A stretch of DNA of 64,000 nucleotides from Abditibacteriaceae bacterium (GCA_965277285.1 OZ255721.1:3104001-3168000), one strand, 5' to 3'; positions 45,101-54,576 are shown, counted from the stretch's first letter. Notes: a model not told the origin generated them from the sequence alone. Numbers and translations are program-made.

Positions 45101-46935
45101 TTGAACTGGATGCGCCGACACGCTTCGGGGTTTTCGTCCCACAAGTTCTTGGACGCGCCCAAAAGCGTCGTCAGACTCATCACCATTTTCTCGCGCAACG
45201 GGTCAATCGGCGGATTTGTCACCTGAGCGAAACGCTGGCGAAAATACGTGTAAAGCAAGCGCGGCTTTTCGGAGAGAACGGCCAACGGCGTGTCGTCGCC
45301 CATCGAACCAATCGGTTCCTTGGCGGTTTTTACCATCGGCTTGACGATGCTTTCGACATCTTCGTGCGTGTAGCCGAAAATCTTTTGCTGAATCAGCAAT
45401 TGATCGGCGACAGCAGCCAATTGGTCGCTATTCGAGTACTCGATTGCTCCATCTGCCGCATGACCGTTCCCGTTCGCGTGACCGTTGGCGCCTCCGTTCT
45501 GACCACTGACTACTGGCTCCTGACCACTGACTACTGGCTCCTGACCACTGACTTCATCGGCTTTCACCAGGAACTCGTTCACCCAATGACTGTAAGGCGC
45601 CTGCTTGGAATAACGCTCTTTGATTTCCTGATTCTTCATCAGTTCGCCGGTTTGCGTGTCCAGCGCGATGATTTGTCCCGGCCCCAAACGACCTTTTTCA
45701 AGAACGCGCGCGCCTTGCAAATCGACCACGCCGACTTCGGATGCAACGATCAGCATTCCGTCATCGCTCAATTGATAGCGCGCCGGACGCAAGCCGTTTC
45801 TGTCTAAACTGGCGCCGATGATGCGGCCATCAGTAAACGATAGCGCGGCGGGGCCGTCCCACGGTTCCTGCAAACACGCGTGATATTGATAAAACGCGCG
45901 CAAGTCGTCGTCCATTTCCGGCACGGCTTCATACGCTTCGGGCGTCATCATCAGAACGGTGTGCAGCAAATCGCGCCCGCCCATAACCAGGCTTTCCAGC
46001 GCGTTGTCCAATCCCGCCGAGTCGCTGCCGCCGCGCTGAATGATCGGGCGCAGTTCGGCCAGAGCTTCTTTCGAGTTCCAAATGGACGAGTTTTCGGCCA
46101 GTTCCTTGGCGCGAATCCAGTTGACATTGCCTTGCAGCGTATTAATTTCGCCGTTGTGCGCCACAAAGCGAAACGGCTGCGCCAAAAACCAGGTCGGAAA
46201 GGTGTTCGTCGAGTAGCGCTGATGATATAAAGCAATCGCCGATTCAAAGTTCTCGTCCTGCAAATCGCCGTAAAACTTGTTCAATTGCGGCGCGACGACC
46301 AATCCCTTATAAATGATGGTGCGATGCGAAAAGCTGGGAATGTAAAAGCCTTCGATGCCTTCGGCGGCGACGCGGTTTTCCATCCTTTTGCGCATCTGAT
46401 AACAAACGCGACCGAATTCTTCGTCCGTCATGCCGTTCAGGCGCGCCAGCAACAATTGACGGATTTCAGGCGCGGTTTCGCGCGCGCTGTCGCCCAAAGC
46501 TGTCGCATCGACCGGCACACGGCGCCAATCGAGAAACACCAGATCACTTTCTTCCACAACCTTATTGCAGATGTCATAAGCGCGATGGCGAGCTTCGGCA
46601 TCGCGCGGGAAAAACATCATCGCCACCGCGAGGTCTTCGTCCTTGCGCAACAATTTCCCCTGACCTCGACCCAATCCGGCGCGCAGCAGTTTGTAGGGAA
46701 TCTGCGTCAGCACGCCCGCGCCATCGCCTGTTTTTGCGTCGGCAGCGACGGCTCCGCGATGCGTCAGGCAACAAACCGCTTCAATGGCTTTTTCCACGGT
46801 GCGGTGCGTGCGGCGACCTTGCACATCAGCGACGAAACCGATGCCGCAGGAATCTTGTTCCATGCGCGGATCATAAAGACCGTGCGCGGGCGGCAAACCG
46901 AAAGACAGACCGAGATGGGAAGAATGTGAAGTCAA
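42160..46935 (-). CDS. gltB: Glutamate synthase large subunit
   Basis: EQDSCGIGF, HQRYSTNT, HNGEINT, IKMAQGAKPGEGGQLPG, C..ARQCHLNTCP, GXGXG C-terminal domain; AGGAG RBS before TTG. Confidence 0.97.
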   Translation of the reverse strand: MTSHSSHLGLSFGLPPAHGLYDPRMEQDSCGIGFVADVQGRRTHRTVEKAIEAVCCLTHRGAVAADAKTGDGAGVLTQIPYKLLRAGLGRGQGKLLRKDEDLAVAMMFFPRDAEARHRAYDICNKVVEESDLVFLDWRRVPVDATALGDSARETAPEIRQLLLARLNGMTDEEFGRVCYQMRKRMENRVAAEGIEGFYIPSFSHRTIIYKGLVVAPQLNKFYGDLQDENFESAIALYHQRYSTNTFPTWFLAQPFRFVAHNGEINTLQGNVNWIRAKELAENSSIWNSKEALAELRPIIQRGGSDSAGLDNALESLVMGGRDLLHTVLMMTPEAYEAVPEMDDDLRAFYQYHACLQEPWDGPAALSFTDGRIIGASLDRNGLRPARYQLSDDGMLIVASEVGVVDLQGARVLEKGRLGPGQIIALDTQTGELMKNQEIKERYSKQAPYSHWVNEFLVKADEVSGQEPVVSGQEPVVSGQNGGANGHANGNGHAADGAIEYSNSDQLAAVADQLLIQQKIFGYTHEDVESIVKPMVKTAKEPIGSMGDDTPLAVLSEKPRLLYTYFRQRFAQVTNPPIDPLREKMVMSLTTLLGASKNLWDENPEACRRIQFKSPVLTNAQLEWLRSGAAGECFKAKTLDATFPVSEGEAGLKSACDRVHDEAVQAVRDGFSILILSDRAAGKDRALIPTLMAVGATHHHLIRCGVRTRVSIVAESGEVRDDHQTACLLGFGASAVNPYLAYATIEHLIENNLIEGWDKGVEKALVSYRKSIESGLLKIMSKMGISTLASYQGAQIFEALGLAPQIVEECFTHTPSRIRGAGYEEIARDTLRLHQTAFPLEAPKKFELEDFYYLRFRKGGEQHAFNPAWFKPFHEAVRKGDYDTQYQIYKNAVNAREMPIAIRDLLEYSISDAPIPLDDVEPVESLFRRFCTGAMSHGALSSEAHECLAIAMNRIGGKSNSGEGGEHPSRYHRDENGDWRNSQIKQVASGRFGVTPEYLVSAKELQIKMAQGAKPGEGGQLPGGKVNAEIAFIRHTVPGVTLISPPPHHDIYSIEDLAQLIYDLKQVNPHARVSVKLVAQAGVGTVAAGVAKAYADTIVISGHDGGTGASPITSIKNTGISWELGLAEAQQVLMENNLRGRVRLHADGGFKTGRDVIIAALLGAEEYGFGTAAIVAAGCVMARQCHLNTCPVGVASQREDLRAKFPGTPEHVVNFFTFVAREVREILASMGARKLDDIIGRTDLLRMKPEGTYPKTHNIDLTPLFYSAKQVLAGESSTRNDGAMGTDLRPEPIRPGRSIMGRNDRPADWRHIDETILQEGRDAISDGRTLSLHYPIKNTDRTVGGRVAGEIAYAHGDKGLPDDQLTLNFTGSAGQSFGAFCINGLRLNLTGEANDYVGKVMHGGTITVKPHAHETYVWHENSLIGNTVMYGATGGHLFAAGRAGERFGVRNSGGTAVVEGVGDHGCEYMTGGTVVVLGETGRNFGAGMSGGIAYVYDENNAFARRFNPDMVGIERVEEGDAYKLRNLIERHLTETGSPRATELLNDWQNSLGQFWKVVPHPDTVPAPQKIEAKQSGKSMDGTDEKTPVPSNA
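45499..45552. repeat. 21-bp in-frame tandem repeat (about 2.5 units) inside gltB
   Basis: ctgaccactgactactggctc x2.5, encoding VSGQEPV repeats. Confidence 0.85.
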
Positions 46936-47376
46936 GATAGTCTCCTGATTTTCAACGTCACAGGGAACGCGAAAAGAGTTCGAGTACTCGAAAGTTTATA
47001 AGATTGATTGCGACGAGCAGAGCAGGAAATAAACGGCGAAAGCTGAAAGGCGGCGAAGAAGAAAGCGTCAGGCCGCAATGTGTTTGACGGATACGCGTTT
47101 GATGCAGACGCGCGTGGTGCCCGCATCTTGGACGCGCCAAGCCCCGGCGCGGGCGCTATTGGCGCAGCGGGAAAAGTATTTTCGCGTTGAATAAATGATG
47201 GTCATGCCGAAATGATTACAAAATCACGTTTCAAGTTCGTTACGAAAAAGAGAAATTTCTCATTTCGTCGCTTCTTGAAAACGGCGCCTGCGAGTCGCGC
47301 CAATATTGTACAACAACGACCTTTTACCCGCAAATCGGCGCCATCTTCTGCGCCCTTTCGAGTACTCGAAATCACT

Positions 47377-47478
47377 TCAGCAATCGCCCGGCTTGCGGCA
47401 CATAACCATCACTTTCAAGGCGCCAATCGCCATCACAACCAGCGCGCTGAGAAAGAACAACGAATTTTTGCTTTTCAT
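47377..47478 (-). CDS. Putative 33-aa small membrane protein (not in the ORF track)
   Basis: MKSKNSLFFLSALVVMAIGALKVMVMCRKPGDC; AGGAAAA upstream; palindrome just after the stop. Confidence 0.45.
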   Translation of the reverse strand: MKSKNSLFFLSALVVMAIGALKVMVMCRKPGDC

Positions 47479-47551
47479 AAAGTTTTCCTGTTGAACGAGT
47501 TTGTACTTCTTTTCACAACAGGAAGAATCGAATGGAAAGACGTTGCATAAA

Positions 47552-47818
47552 TTACGCAGTTTGCCAGCGGATTATTAAGTCGGGATGTTCAGCAGCGGCT
47601 TGAGCTTGGGCGTCTTCAAGAGTTTCGTGCCATGTATCTGTGACGCAATTCCAATCTTGGTCGCAGCCAAACAAAAGAAAACCTTCCGTGTCGACATAGT
47701 GAACGATTGCCAATCCACAAATCAGCTTTTCCATGTGGACTTCTCGGTGAGATTCGTTCAAAATGACATGACAAAAAACGTTTGCTCGCTCAATGATTTT
47801 GGGTGGCACATTCATCAA
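47552..47818 (-). CDS. Hypothetical protein
   Basis: GAGGA RBS; LFGCDQDW..VTDTWHETLEDAQAQA. Confidence 0.6.
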   Translation of the reverse strand: MMNVPPKIIERANVFCHVILNESHREVHMEKLICGLAIVHYVDTEGFLLFGCDQDWNCVTDTWHETLEDAQAQAAAEHPDLIIRWQTA

Positions 47819-47925
47819 CTTTCCTCGTTTTAGTTTTCTATTTTATTGGCAAAGGCGGTTTCATTGTCACTTCGCCGCCGCGCGGCTTATAATCAAGCGA
47901 CTGTTTTCGTCCTCTTCTTTCTTCC

Positions 47926-50019
47926 ATGAATGCCGCGCCGCCTGCTTCCACTTCGCCCGTGCCAATCGAGTACTCGAATGTTCCCGCAGAGCGCGTTCAA
48001 ACGGCGCGTTCGTCCGGTGCGGGTTCGCAAGGCGTGCGGTTGCGCGCTTATCTGGTCGCGTTACCGTTGCTGGTCGGCATTTGCTTTTTGTCGGTTTACG
48101 CTGATATGGTGGCGCAAAGCGTGCAATTCGGCGTGTTGCAGTTCGCGCCGCCCGCGATTGTGGCGCTTTTTGGCGTCGCGCTGATCAATCGTTTTTTGAA
48201 GAAATTGACGCAGCGCGAATTGCTGCGCCCTTCGGAAATGCTGACGATTTACGCGATGACTTTGGTCGGCGTGATGGTTTCGACGCGCGGCGTGATTGAA
48301 AAACTGATTCCGCCGCTGGCGTATTTGCCGTATTTTGCCACGCGCGAAAACAATCTCAATAGTTTGGTGACGCAACACATTCCGCGCTGGGCGGTGCCGT
48401 ATCAACCGACGGCTTTGGCGCAACCGGCGCCGGATGTGATTCGCGGTTATTACGAAGGAATTAAAGCCGGAACGCCGATTCCGTTCAGCGCGTGGATTCC
48501 GCCGTTGCTGGCGTGGTTCGGCCTGATTTGTTGCGTGCTCATCGTTTTCGCGTGCTTGAGTACGCTTTTGCGGCGCCAATGGATGGACAACGAGCAGTTG
48601 CGTTTTCCCCTCACGACGTTGCCGCTGGCGATGATGCGCGACGAATGCGAAGGCCAGCCGTTTTTCTCCAATCGCGTGATGTGGCTGGGTTTTGCGCTCG
48701 CGGTTTTCGTCTTCACCATCAACGGTTTGAACGCGAACTTCCCGCAGTGGCCGCGCTTCGTCATCGACTTCGATTTTTCGGGCATCTTCACCGAAAAGCC
48801 GTGGAACGCGATGTATTCGATTGTCGCGTATGTGTCGCTGGCGGCGATTGGCTTCGCGTTTTTCCTGCCGACCGATTTATTGTTTTCGCTGTGGTTCTTC
48901 TTTTTGTTGACGCGCTTGCAAGACGCCGCCGCGGTGATGCTGGGCGGCACGCCGACGCCGATGGTTTCGCATTCGTGCCGCGTCTGGACAGGTTATCAAG
49001 CCGCTGGCGCGTATCTGGTTTTGATCGCGGCGCAAACGCGCATCGCCTGGCCGTATTACAAGCAGGTTTGCAAGACGGCGTTTCCGCGTTCGAGTACTCG
49101 ATTGCGCGTTCAACCGTTGGATGACAGCGGCGAATTGATGAGTTATCGCGCCGCGATTATCGGACTGGGCGGCGGTTTCGCGGGCATCGTTTTGTGGCTT
49201 TCAATCGCGGGAATGAACCCGTTGGTCGCTGCGACACAGATGGGAATTTATCTGTTCTTCATCGCGGTCATAATGAGTCGCGGCGTTTGCGAAGCCGGAC
49301 TTTTGATGACCGAAACCAGTTTTCGTCCGACCGATTTGATGCGTTTGGTGTTTCCGGTTCACGCTTTTGGCGCCACGAATTTGTCGATGATGGGAATGCT
49401 GGATGTGGTATTTATCCGCGATTTGCGCGGCGTGATGTTGTCGCCGATGCTGGACAACCAGAAAATGGCGGGCGAACTGCGTGTTCGTCAGCGCGCCTTG
49501 TTGATGCCGCTTATCATTGCTATCGTCGTGGCGTTTGTCGTCGCCAGTTACTTTTTTCTCAAGTTCAATTACGAATTGGGCGGCCTGAGCCTTTACAAGT
49601 ACTCGAATCAGAATAACGCGCGCAATATGTTCAGCATGACTTCTGCATCAATTACCGGCGATTTGCCGGCGCCCGATTCGACGGCTTATGGCGGCTTCGT
49701 TTTGGGAACGCTTGCGACGTTGTTGATGGTCGTGATGCGCGCGCGTTACGTGTGGTTTCCGTTCAACCCGCTGGCGTATGCGATTGCGCCAACCTACGCG
49801 ATGTTGGTGTTGTGGTTTCCGTGTTTCCTGGCGTGGATCATCAAAAGTTTGACGATGCGCTTTGGCGGCATTGACGTATTCCGCAAAATCGCGCCGTTCA
49901 TGCTGGGCATGATTTTGGGCGAATTCACCTGCGCGGTCGTGTGGGCGATCATCGCCATGACTAGCCCGACGATTTTCGGTTTCAAGTTTGGCAGCGCGCC
50001 CGCGTTTCCCTGGCAGTAA
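47926..50019 (+). CDS. Polytopic membrane protein, DUF6785/DUF6784-like (OPT-related putative transporter)
   Basis: Many TM helices; RRQWMDNEQLRFPL and WFPFNPLAY motifs; TATAAT at about 47888. Confidence 0.7.
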   Translation: MNAAPPASTSPVPIEYSNVPAERVQTARSSGAGSQGVRLRAYLVALPLLVGICFLSVYADMVAQSVQFGVLQFAPPAIVALFGVALINRFLKKLTQRELLRPSEMLTIYAMTLVGVMVSTRGVIEKLIPPLAYLPYFATRENNLNSLVTQHIPRWAVPYQPTALAQPAPDVIRGYYEGIKAGTPIPFSAWIPPLLAWFGLICCVLIVFACLSTLLRRQWMDNEQLRFPLTTLPLAMMRDECEGQPFFSNRVMWLGFALAVFVFTINGLNANFPQWPRFVIDFDFSGIFTEKPWNAMYSIVAYVSLAAIGFAFFLPTDLLFSLWFFFLLTRLQDAAAVMLGGTPTPMVSHSCRVWTGYQAAGAYLVLIAAQTRIAWPYYKQVCKTAFPRSSTRLRVQPLDDSGELMSYRAAIIGLGGGFAGIVLWLSIAGMNPLVAATQMGIYLFFIAVIMSRGVCEAGLLMTETSFRPTDLMRLVFPVHAFGATNLSMMGMLDVVFIRDLRGVMLSPMLDNQKMAGELRVRQRALLMPLIIAIVVAFVVASYFFLKFNYELGGLSLYKYSNQNNARNMFSMTSASITGDLPAPDSTAYGGFVLGTLATLLMVVMRARYVWFPFNPLAYAIAPTYAMLVLWFPCFLAWIIKSLTMRFGGIDVFRKIAPFMLGMILGEFTCAVVWAIIAMTSPTIFGFKFGSAPAFPWQ

Positions 50020-50264
50020 ATCGAGTACTCGATAAACACGAACACTGCTTGCAACTCATCTCAATTCAGATCGAGATAACATCTTTATTATGATAAAGAT
50101 GGGCAATGATTTGCCTGGCTTCGCTTGGATACAATCATATCTTTGAAATGCATCGAAACCGTTATTCTGCTGCGTTAGCGATGTGTAATAACATGGTTGT
50201 GTTGGTGCGCGGTTTTCCTGTAATTTGAGCCGAATTACGCCATAAAAATACTTGAGGTGTGTCC

Positions 50265-50912
50265 ATGCTAAAGCAAGTTATCGAGCAACCGTTTGGAATA
50301 AACGTTTTTGGGTCAGCGCTGTTGCGTGTCGAGCCTGATATTGTATCGCTTGAGTTCAAAATCGAGAACATGGCTGAGCATCCGAAAGCCGCGTTTGCGG
50401 CGGTTCGCACAGCAGCGGCTCAGGTGCGCCAGTATTTAGGCAACGCAGGAGTTGCCGAGTTTGGCTCGTCTCAGATCGATTTGTCATCTACATTCCATCG
50501 TGACAAAGGCGAGAAGCATTTCTTAGGGTATAAGGCAAATGTCTACTTTCAGGCGATCCTACACGATTTGGAACGAACTGAAGAAGTTTTGTTAGGCGCG
50601 TTGGAAGCGGGCGCCACCGAAATCAGTCGCACCAACTTTCAAACCAGTCGCTTGAAGGAACTCCGCGCAAAGGCACGAAGAGAGGCAGTCGCGGCGGCGC
50701 GCGAGAAAGCGCAACTTTATGCACAAGAAACAGGCGTCAAACTTGGACGCGTGTTACATATTGAAGACATCAATCCTGAATCGTTGCGCATCGGATTTCA
50801 TAGCGCTGTCGAAGTCCCTATGGATGCCGAAGTCGAATCACATTCGTTTAACCCTGCCAGCATTCCCGTCACCGCAGCCGTTGTCATAGCGTTCGCGTTC
50901 GCCGAGGGATAG
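50265..50912 (+). CDS. SIMPL (DUF541) domain protein
   Basis: INVFGSA..RVEPD, AREKAQLYA..GVKLGRVLHIE. Confidence 0.85.
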   Translation: MLKQVIEQPFGINVFGSALLRVEPDIVSLEFKIENMAEHPKAAFAAVRTAAAQVRQYLGNAGVAEFGSSQIDLSSTFHRDKGEKHFLGYKANVYFQAILHDLERTEEVLLGALEAGATEISRTNFQTSRLKELRAKARREAVAAAREKAQLYAQETGVKLGRVLHIEDINPESLRIGFHSAVEVPMDAEVESHSFNPASIPVTAAVVIAFAFAEG

Positions 50913-51006
50913 AGATGATGAAACAAGTAAAAGGCAACGCGTAATCGCGGGACATAATGAAAAGAGTGTTGCGACTTTGGACCGCGCTCTCGTTTATAAT
51001 AATCCC

Positions 51007-52263
51007 GTGCAAAATCAAACTTCTTTCATCGAAAACGGCGGCGTTTTGTCGCCACAAAATTATCGCGGCGTCAGTTTGCGCGCCGGAATCAAAACGCAGG
51101 GCGACGATCTTTGCGTGCTGTGGAGCGAAACGCCCGCGACCTGCGCCGCTGTCTTCACGCAAAACGCCGTCAAAGCCGCGCCAGTCTGGGTTTCGGCTGA
51201 ACACGCGCAAAATGCGACGACGCGTGCCATCATTTGCAACAGCGGCAACGCCAATTGTTGCACCGGCGCGCAAGGTTTGAGCGACGCACAGAAAATGTGC
51301 GAACTCGCCAGCCATGTTCTCGATTGCGAATCAGGCGAAGTTCTCGTTTGTTCGACGGGAATTATCGGCCATAAATTGCCGATGCCGAAAATCGAAAGCG
51401 CGTTCGAGACTTTTAATGTGGGCGATTCGAGTACTCGATTTACGTCCGAGCAAATGGCGCGCGCCGTGATGACAACCGACTTGGTGCCGAAATTTTGCGC
51501 CGTGCAGTTTGAAATCAATGGTCACACCGTGACAATTGGCGGACAGGCCAAAGGTGTCGGCATGATCGGGCCGAATATGGCAGCGATCAGCAGTCAGTTG
51601 TCAGGGGCTGGTGGTCAGTTGCACGCGACGATGTTGTCGTTTTTGACGACCGATGCGCAGGTTGAAAAACAATTGCTGCAACGCGCTTTGGAAGAAGTGG
51701 TGGCGCGTTCGTTCAATTCCGTCACGGTCGATGGCGATACTTCGACCAACGATTCGTGTATTCTGTTGGCCAATGGCGCGAGTGGCGTCGAAATTACCGA
51801 CATCGAGTACTCGATATTCGTCGGAGCGTTGGGAAAAGTGTGCGTCGAACTCGCCAAAAAGATTGCGCGCGATGGCGAAGGCGCCACCAAATTGGTGCAA
51901 ATCGAAGTCAGCGGCGCTGCCAATGAAAGCGACGCAAAAACGATTGCGATGACGATTGCCAATTCGCCGCTGGTAAAAACCGCGATTTTCGGGCGCGACC
52001 CAAACTGGGGACGCATCGGCGCAGCGGCAGGGCGCAGCGGTGTCCGTTTCGACGCCGCTAAGATGCGCATTTCATTGGGCGAAATCGAAGTCTTCCGTGA
52101 CGGCGAACCAACAAGTTTCAACGTTCAAGAAGCTGAAGCGCAGATGTCGCACGACGATTTGACAATTGCGGTTCAACTTGGCGAAGGCGGCGCAAGTTGG
52201 ACAGCGTGGACGTGCGATTTTTCGTATGAGTATGTGAAGATCAACGCGGAGTATCATACGTGA
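51007..52263 (+). CDS. argJ: Bifunctional ornithine acetyltransferase / N-acetylglutamate synthase (start uncertain)
   Basis: NSGNANCCTG, STGIIG, HATML, DGDTSTND, DGEGATK, DPNWGRI, YVKINAEYHT. Confidence 0.96.
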   Translation: MQNQTSFIENGGVLSPQNYRGVSLRAGIKTQGDDLCVLWSETPATCAAVFTQNAVKAAPVWVSAEHAQNATTRAIICNSGNANCCTGAQGLSDAQKMCELASHVLDCESGEVLVCSTGIIGHKLPMPKIESAFETFNVGDSSTRFTSEQMARAVMTTDLVPKFCAVQFEINGHTVTIGGQAKGVGMIGPNMAAISSQLSGAGGQLHATMLSFLTTDAQVEKQLLQRALEEVVARSFNSVTVDGDTSTNDSCILLANGASGVEITDIEYSIFVGALGKVCVELAKKIARDGEGATKLVQIEVSGAANESDAKTIAMTIANSPLVKTAIFGRDPNWGRIGAAAGRSGVRFDAAKMRISLGEIEVFRDGEPTSFNVQEAEAQMSHDDLTIAVQLGEGGASWTAWTCDFSYEYVKINAEYHT

Positions 52264-52272
52264 GAGTGTGAG

Positions 52273-52300
52273 GTACGGGCGAGGTATGCCTCGCCCGTAC
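52273..52300. repeat. REP palindrome upstream of the RAYT gene
   Basis: gtacgggcgaggtatgcctcgcccgtac. Confidence 0.8.
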
Positions 52301-52327
52301 CTTCACTTTCCTCTCCACCCTCTTTGT

Positions 52328-52897
52328 ATGAACCGTCAACTACATCAACCTCAGCGGCGTTCGATTCGTTGGCGCGGTTACGATTATTCGCAAAACGGCG
52401 CCTATTTTGTCTCGATTTCTGTGCAGCGTCGCGTGCGCCGCAAGGATGTCTTTGGTCGTATTGAAAGCGGCGTGATGAAATTGAATGTTTACGGGCGGAT
52501 TGTTGAAACTTGTTGGTTGTCATTGCCGGAACATTTTCCTGATGTAATTTTGGATGAATGGGTTGTGATGCCCAATCATTTTCATGGCATCGTGATGATC
52601 GCGCGCGATGCAGAGAATGCCATCGTACGGGCGAGGCATGCCTCGCCCGTACCTTCGCCCTTGACCGCACATGCGCCAACGTTGGGCACCATCATCGGCG
52701 CCTTCAAATCAGCGGTCACACGCCGCATCAACATCTATCGAGCCGAACGCAATTTACCGCCCGTCGAAGTTTGGCATCGCAACTATTTCGAGCGTGTCAT
52801 CCGCAACGAAAGCGAACTTGATGATACGCGCTGCTACCTCGCGCAAAACCCGTTGAACTGGGAAACCGACGAGCATCATCCCGCGGTTATCCATTGA
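52328..52897 (+). mobile_element. REP-associated tyrosine transposase (RAYT, IS200/Y1 HUH family)
   Basis: RRSIRWRGYDYSQNGAYFV, VMPNHFHGI (HUH), WHRNYFERVIRN, Y..QNP. Confidence 0.88.
52625..52652. repeat. REP palindrome inside the RAYT coding sequence
   Basis: Perfect 28-bp palindrome gtacgggcgaggcatgcctcgcccgtac, read in frame as VRARHASPV. Confidence 0.85.
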
Positions 52898-54419
52898 TAA
52901 CGTTCAACGTCGCAATAGGTTTGCGCGATGGAAGCTGTAGCGCATTTTCTTCGGCGTCTTGCGGCGCGCCCCAGAACTCCTGCAAGGTCGGGCCGTTTTT
53001 TACGCGGCGTTCGCGGCGCAGGAAGTTGCCAATTTCAAAATGCAAAACGCGCAGCCCGATTTCGTAATACCACTGCATCGCATGACGAATGGTGTGGTCG
53101 CGGTGCGTCAATAATCGCCACAAAGCGCGCGGGCGAACGTGCATGGCGACTTCGATCCACTTCGCCCACAGCAAAACGCGCCAAGGTTTGACGAATCGCG
53201 TACTCAAAACCTGATGCTTGTAATCCCATTTGCGTTGATCCAATTGAATAACTTGCCGGTTTGCCGCAATACGAAAAAACGGTGTCCAGCGATGCGGCGT
53301 GACATACATCAGTTGCAGTTGGTCGGGATCGTAAGAAAGCAATTGCTTCAAGCCGCGCCGATAATCGCGCGTGGTTTCTTCCTCGAAGCCGATTACCCAC
53401 GTCGCCATCGAAAGAATGTCGTGCTGACGTAGCAAACGAATCGCTTCGCGGTCAGTTGTGGTCGTGCCGCCTTTGCGGATTTTCTGCAGCGTCGCTTCGT
53501 CATAACTTTCCATGCCCATCAGCCATCGCGCCACGCCCGCTTTCTTATACAAATGCAAAATGTCGGCATCGCGCACGATGTCGTCGGCGCGCGTCGAACC
53601 GACAATCATCAGGTTCACATCTTCAGCGATCAGGGCTTCGAGAAATTCGCGCCAGACTTTGCGCGATGAGGTCGGGTTTTCGTCGGCGAAGTTGACGACT
53701 TGAACGCCGTGTTCGTGGTGCAACCATGCCAGTTCGCGCGCGAATTTCTGCGGGTCACGATGACGCCATTGTGTCCAGAAACCGCGCTGTCCGCAATAAT
53801 TGCAAAGATGTGGGCAGCCGCGCGAAAATTGCACCACGACCGCGCGCTTATCGCCCCAATACGAATAGTTCGCAAAATCAATCAGTTCCCAGCCAATGCG
53901 ATAATCATCGAGTACTCGAATCGTGGGCGCCGATGGTGCCGCAAATGGAACGTTGTCCTGGCGAAAAGCGATGCCCGCGATTTTCTCCAACGCTTCACCG
54001 TTTTGCAGTGCGCGCATAACCTGTCGCGCGGTTTCTTCGCCTTCGCCGCGCACGATGACATCAATTTGCGGCTCTTGCTCCAGCACGTCGCGCCAATGAT
54101 AAGTGGGAAAAACGCCACCATAAACGATCTTGATTTGCGGCCTGCGTTGACGAATTTGCCGCGTGATTGCGGCGATGGTCGGATGCGCCGACGTTGAACC
54201 TGAATGTCCCAGCAGAACGGCATCAGGCGCGTGTTCGAGGACTCGATGCACGATTTCATCGATAGAAAGCGGCCCGAACTCGGCATCGAGAAGACGAACG
54301 TCGTGCCCGTCGTCCAGCAACGGGCCGCCAATCGCCAAAAGTCCCAGCGGCGGCAAATGTTCGCGTGGAATGCGGCTGCCGATGGCTGTGTGCGGCGGGT
54401 TGATGAGCAGAATGCGCAT
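52887..54419 (-). CDS. Cobalamin-binding radical SAM enzyme (BchE-like)
   Basis: ILLINPP..PPLGL B12 domain, VRGEGE, SRGCPHLCNYC, ADENP. Confidence 0.85.
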   Translation of the reverse strand: MRILLINPPHTAIGSRIPREHLPPLGLLAIGGPLLDDGHDVRLLDAEFGPLSIDEIVHRVLEHAPDAVLLGHSGSTSAHPTIAAITRQIRQRRPQIKIVYGGVFPTYHWRDVLEQEPQIDVIVRGEGEETARQVMRALQNGEALEKIAGIAFRQDNVPFAAPSAPTIRVLDDYRIGWELIDFANYSYWGDKRAVVVQFSRGCPHLCNYCGQRGFWTQWRHRDPQKFARELAWLHHEHGVQVVNFADENPTSSRKVWREFLEALIAEDVNLMIVGSTRADDIVRDADILHLYKKAGVARWLMGMESYDEATLQKIRKGGTTTTDREAIRLLRQHDILSMATWVIGFEEETTRDYRRGLKQLLSYDPDQLQLMYVTPHRWTPFFRIAANRQVIQLDQRKWDYKHQVLSTRFVKPWRVLLWAKWIEVAMHVRPRALWRLLTHRDHTIRHAMQWYYEIGLRVLHFEIGNFLRRERRVKNGPTLQEFWGAPQDAEENALQLPSRKPIATLNVING

Positions 54420-54576
54420 GATGTCCTCGCTGTGCAATAAATCGTTACGATGTATTGTGCATCGCAAGCGAGGATTTTTCCGCCGCTCAAAGACCGCGAT
54501 ATGTGCACTCAAGTGCTTGCCAATCAAGTACTCGAAGTCAGGCGATAAAGCCGAAACATTTTTGCACTTGCTTAAG

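Noticed and set aside
43306..45807. 539-aa and 287-aa + strand ORFs
   Set aside because: Antisense shadows of gltB.
46992..47210. Attenuator or leader peptide upstream of gltB (about 45 codons on the - strand)
   Set aside because: No Glu/Gln codon run and no convincing terminator/antiterminator pair.
52887..54419. Evidence of phototrophy from the bchE-like gene
   Set aside because: No other bch, puf or crt genes are in the window, and B12 radical SAM homologues are widespread, so no gene symbol was assigned.
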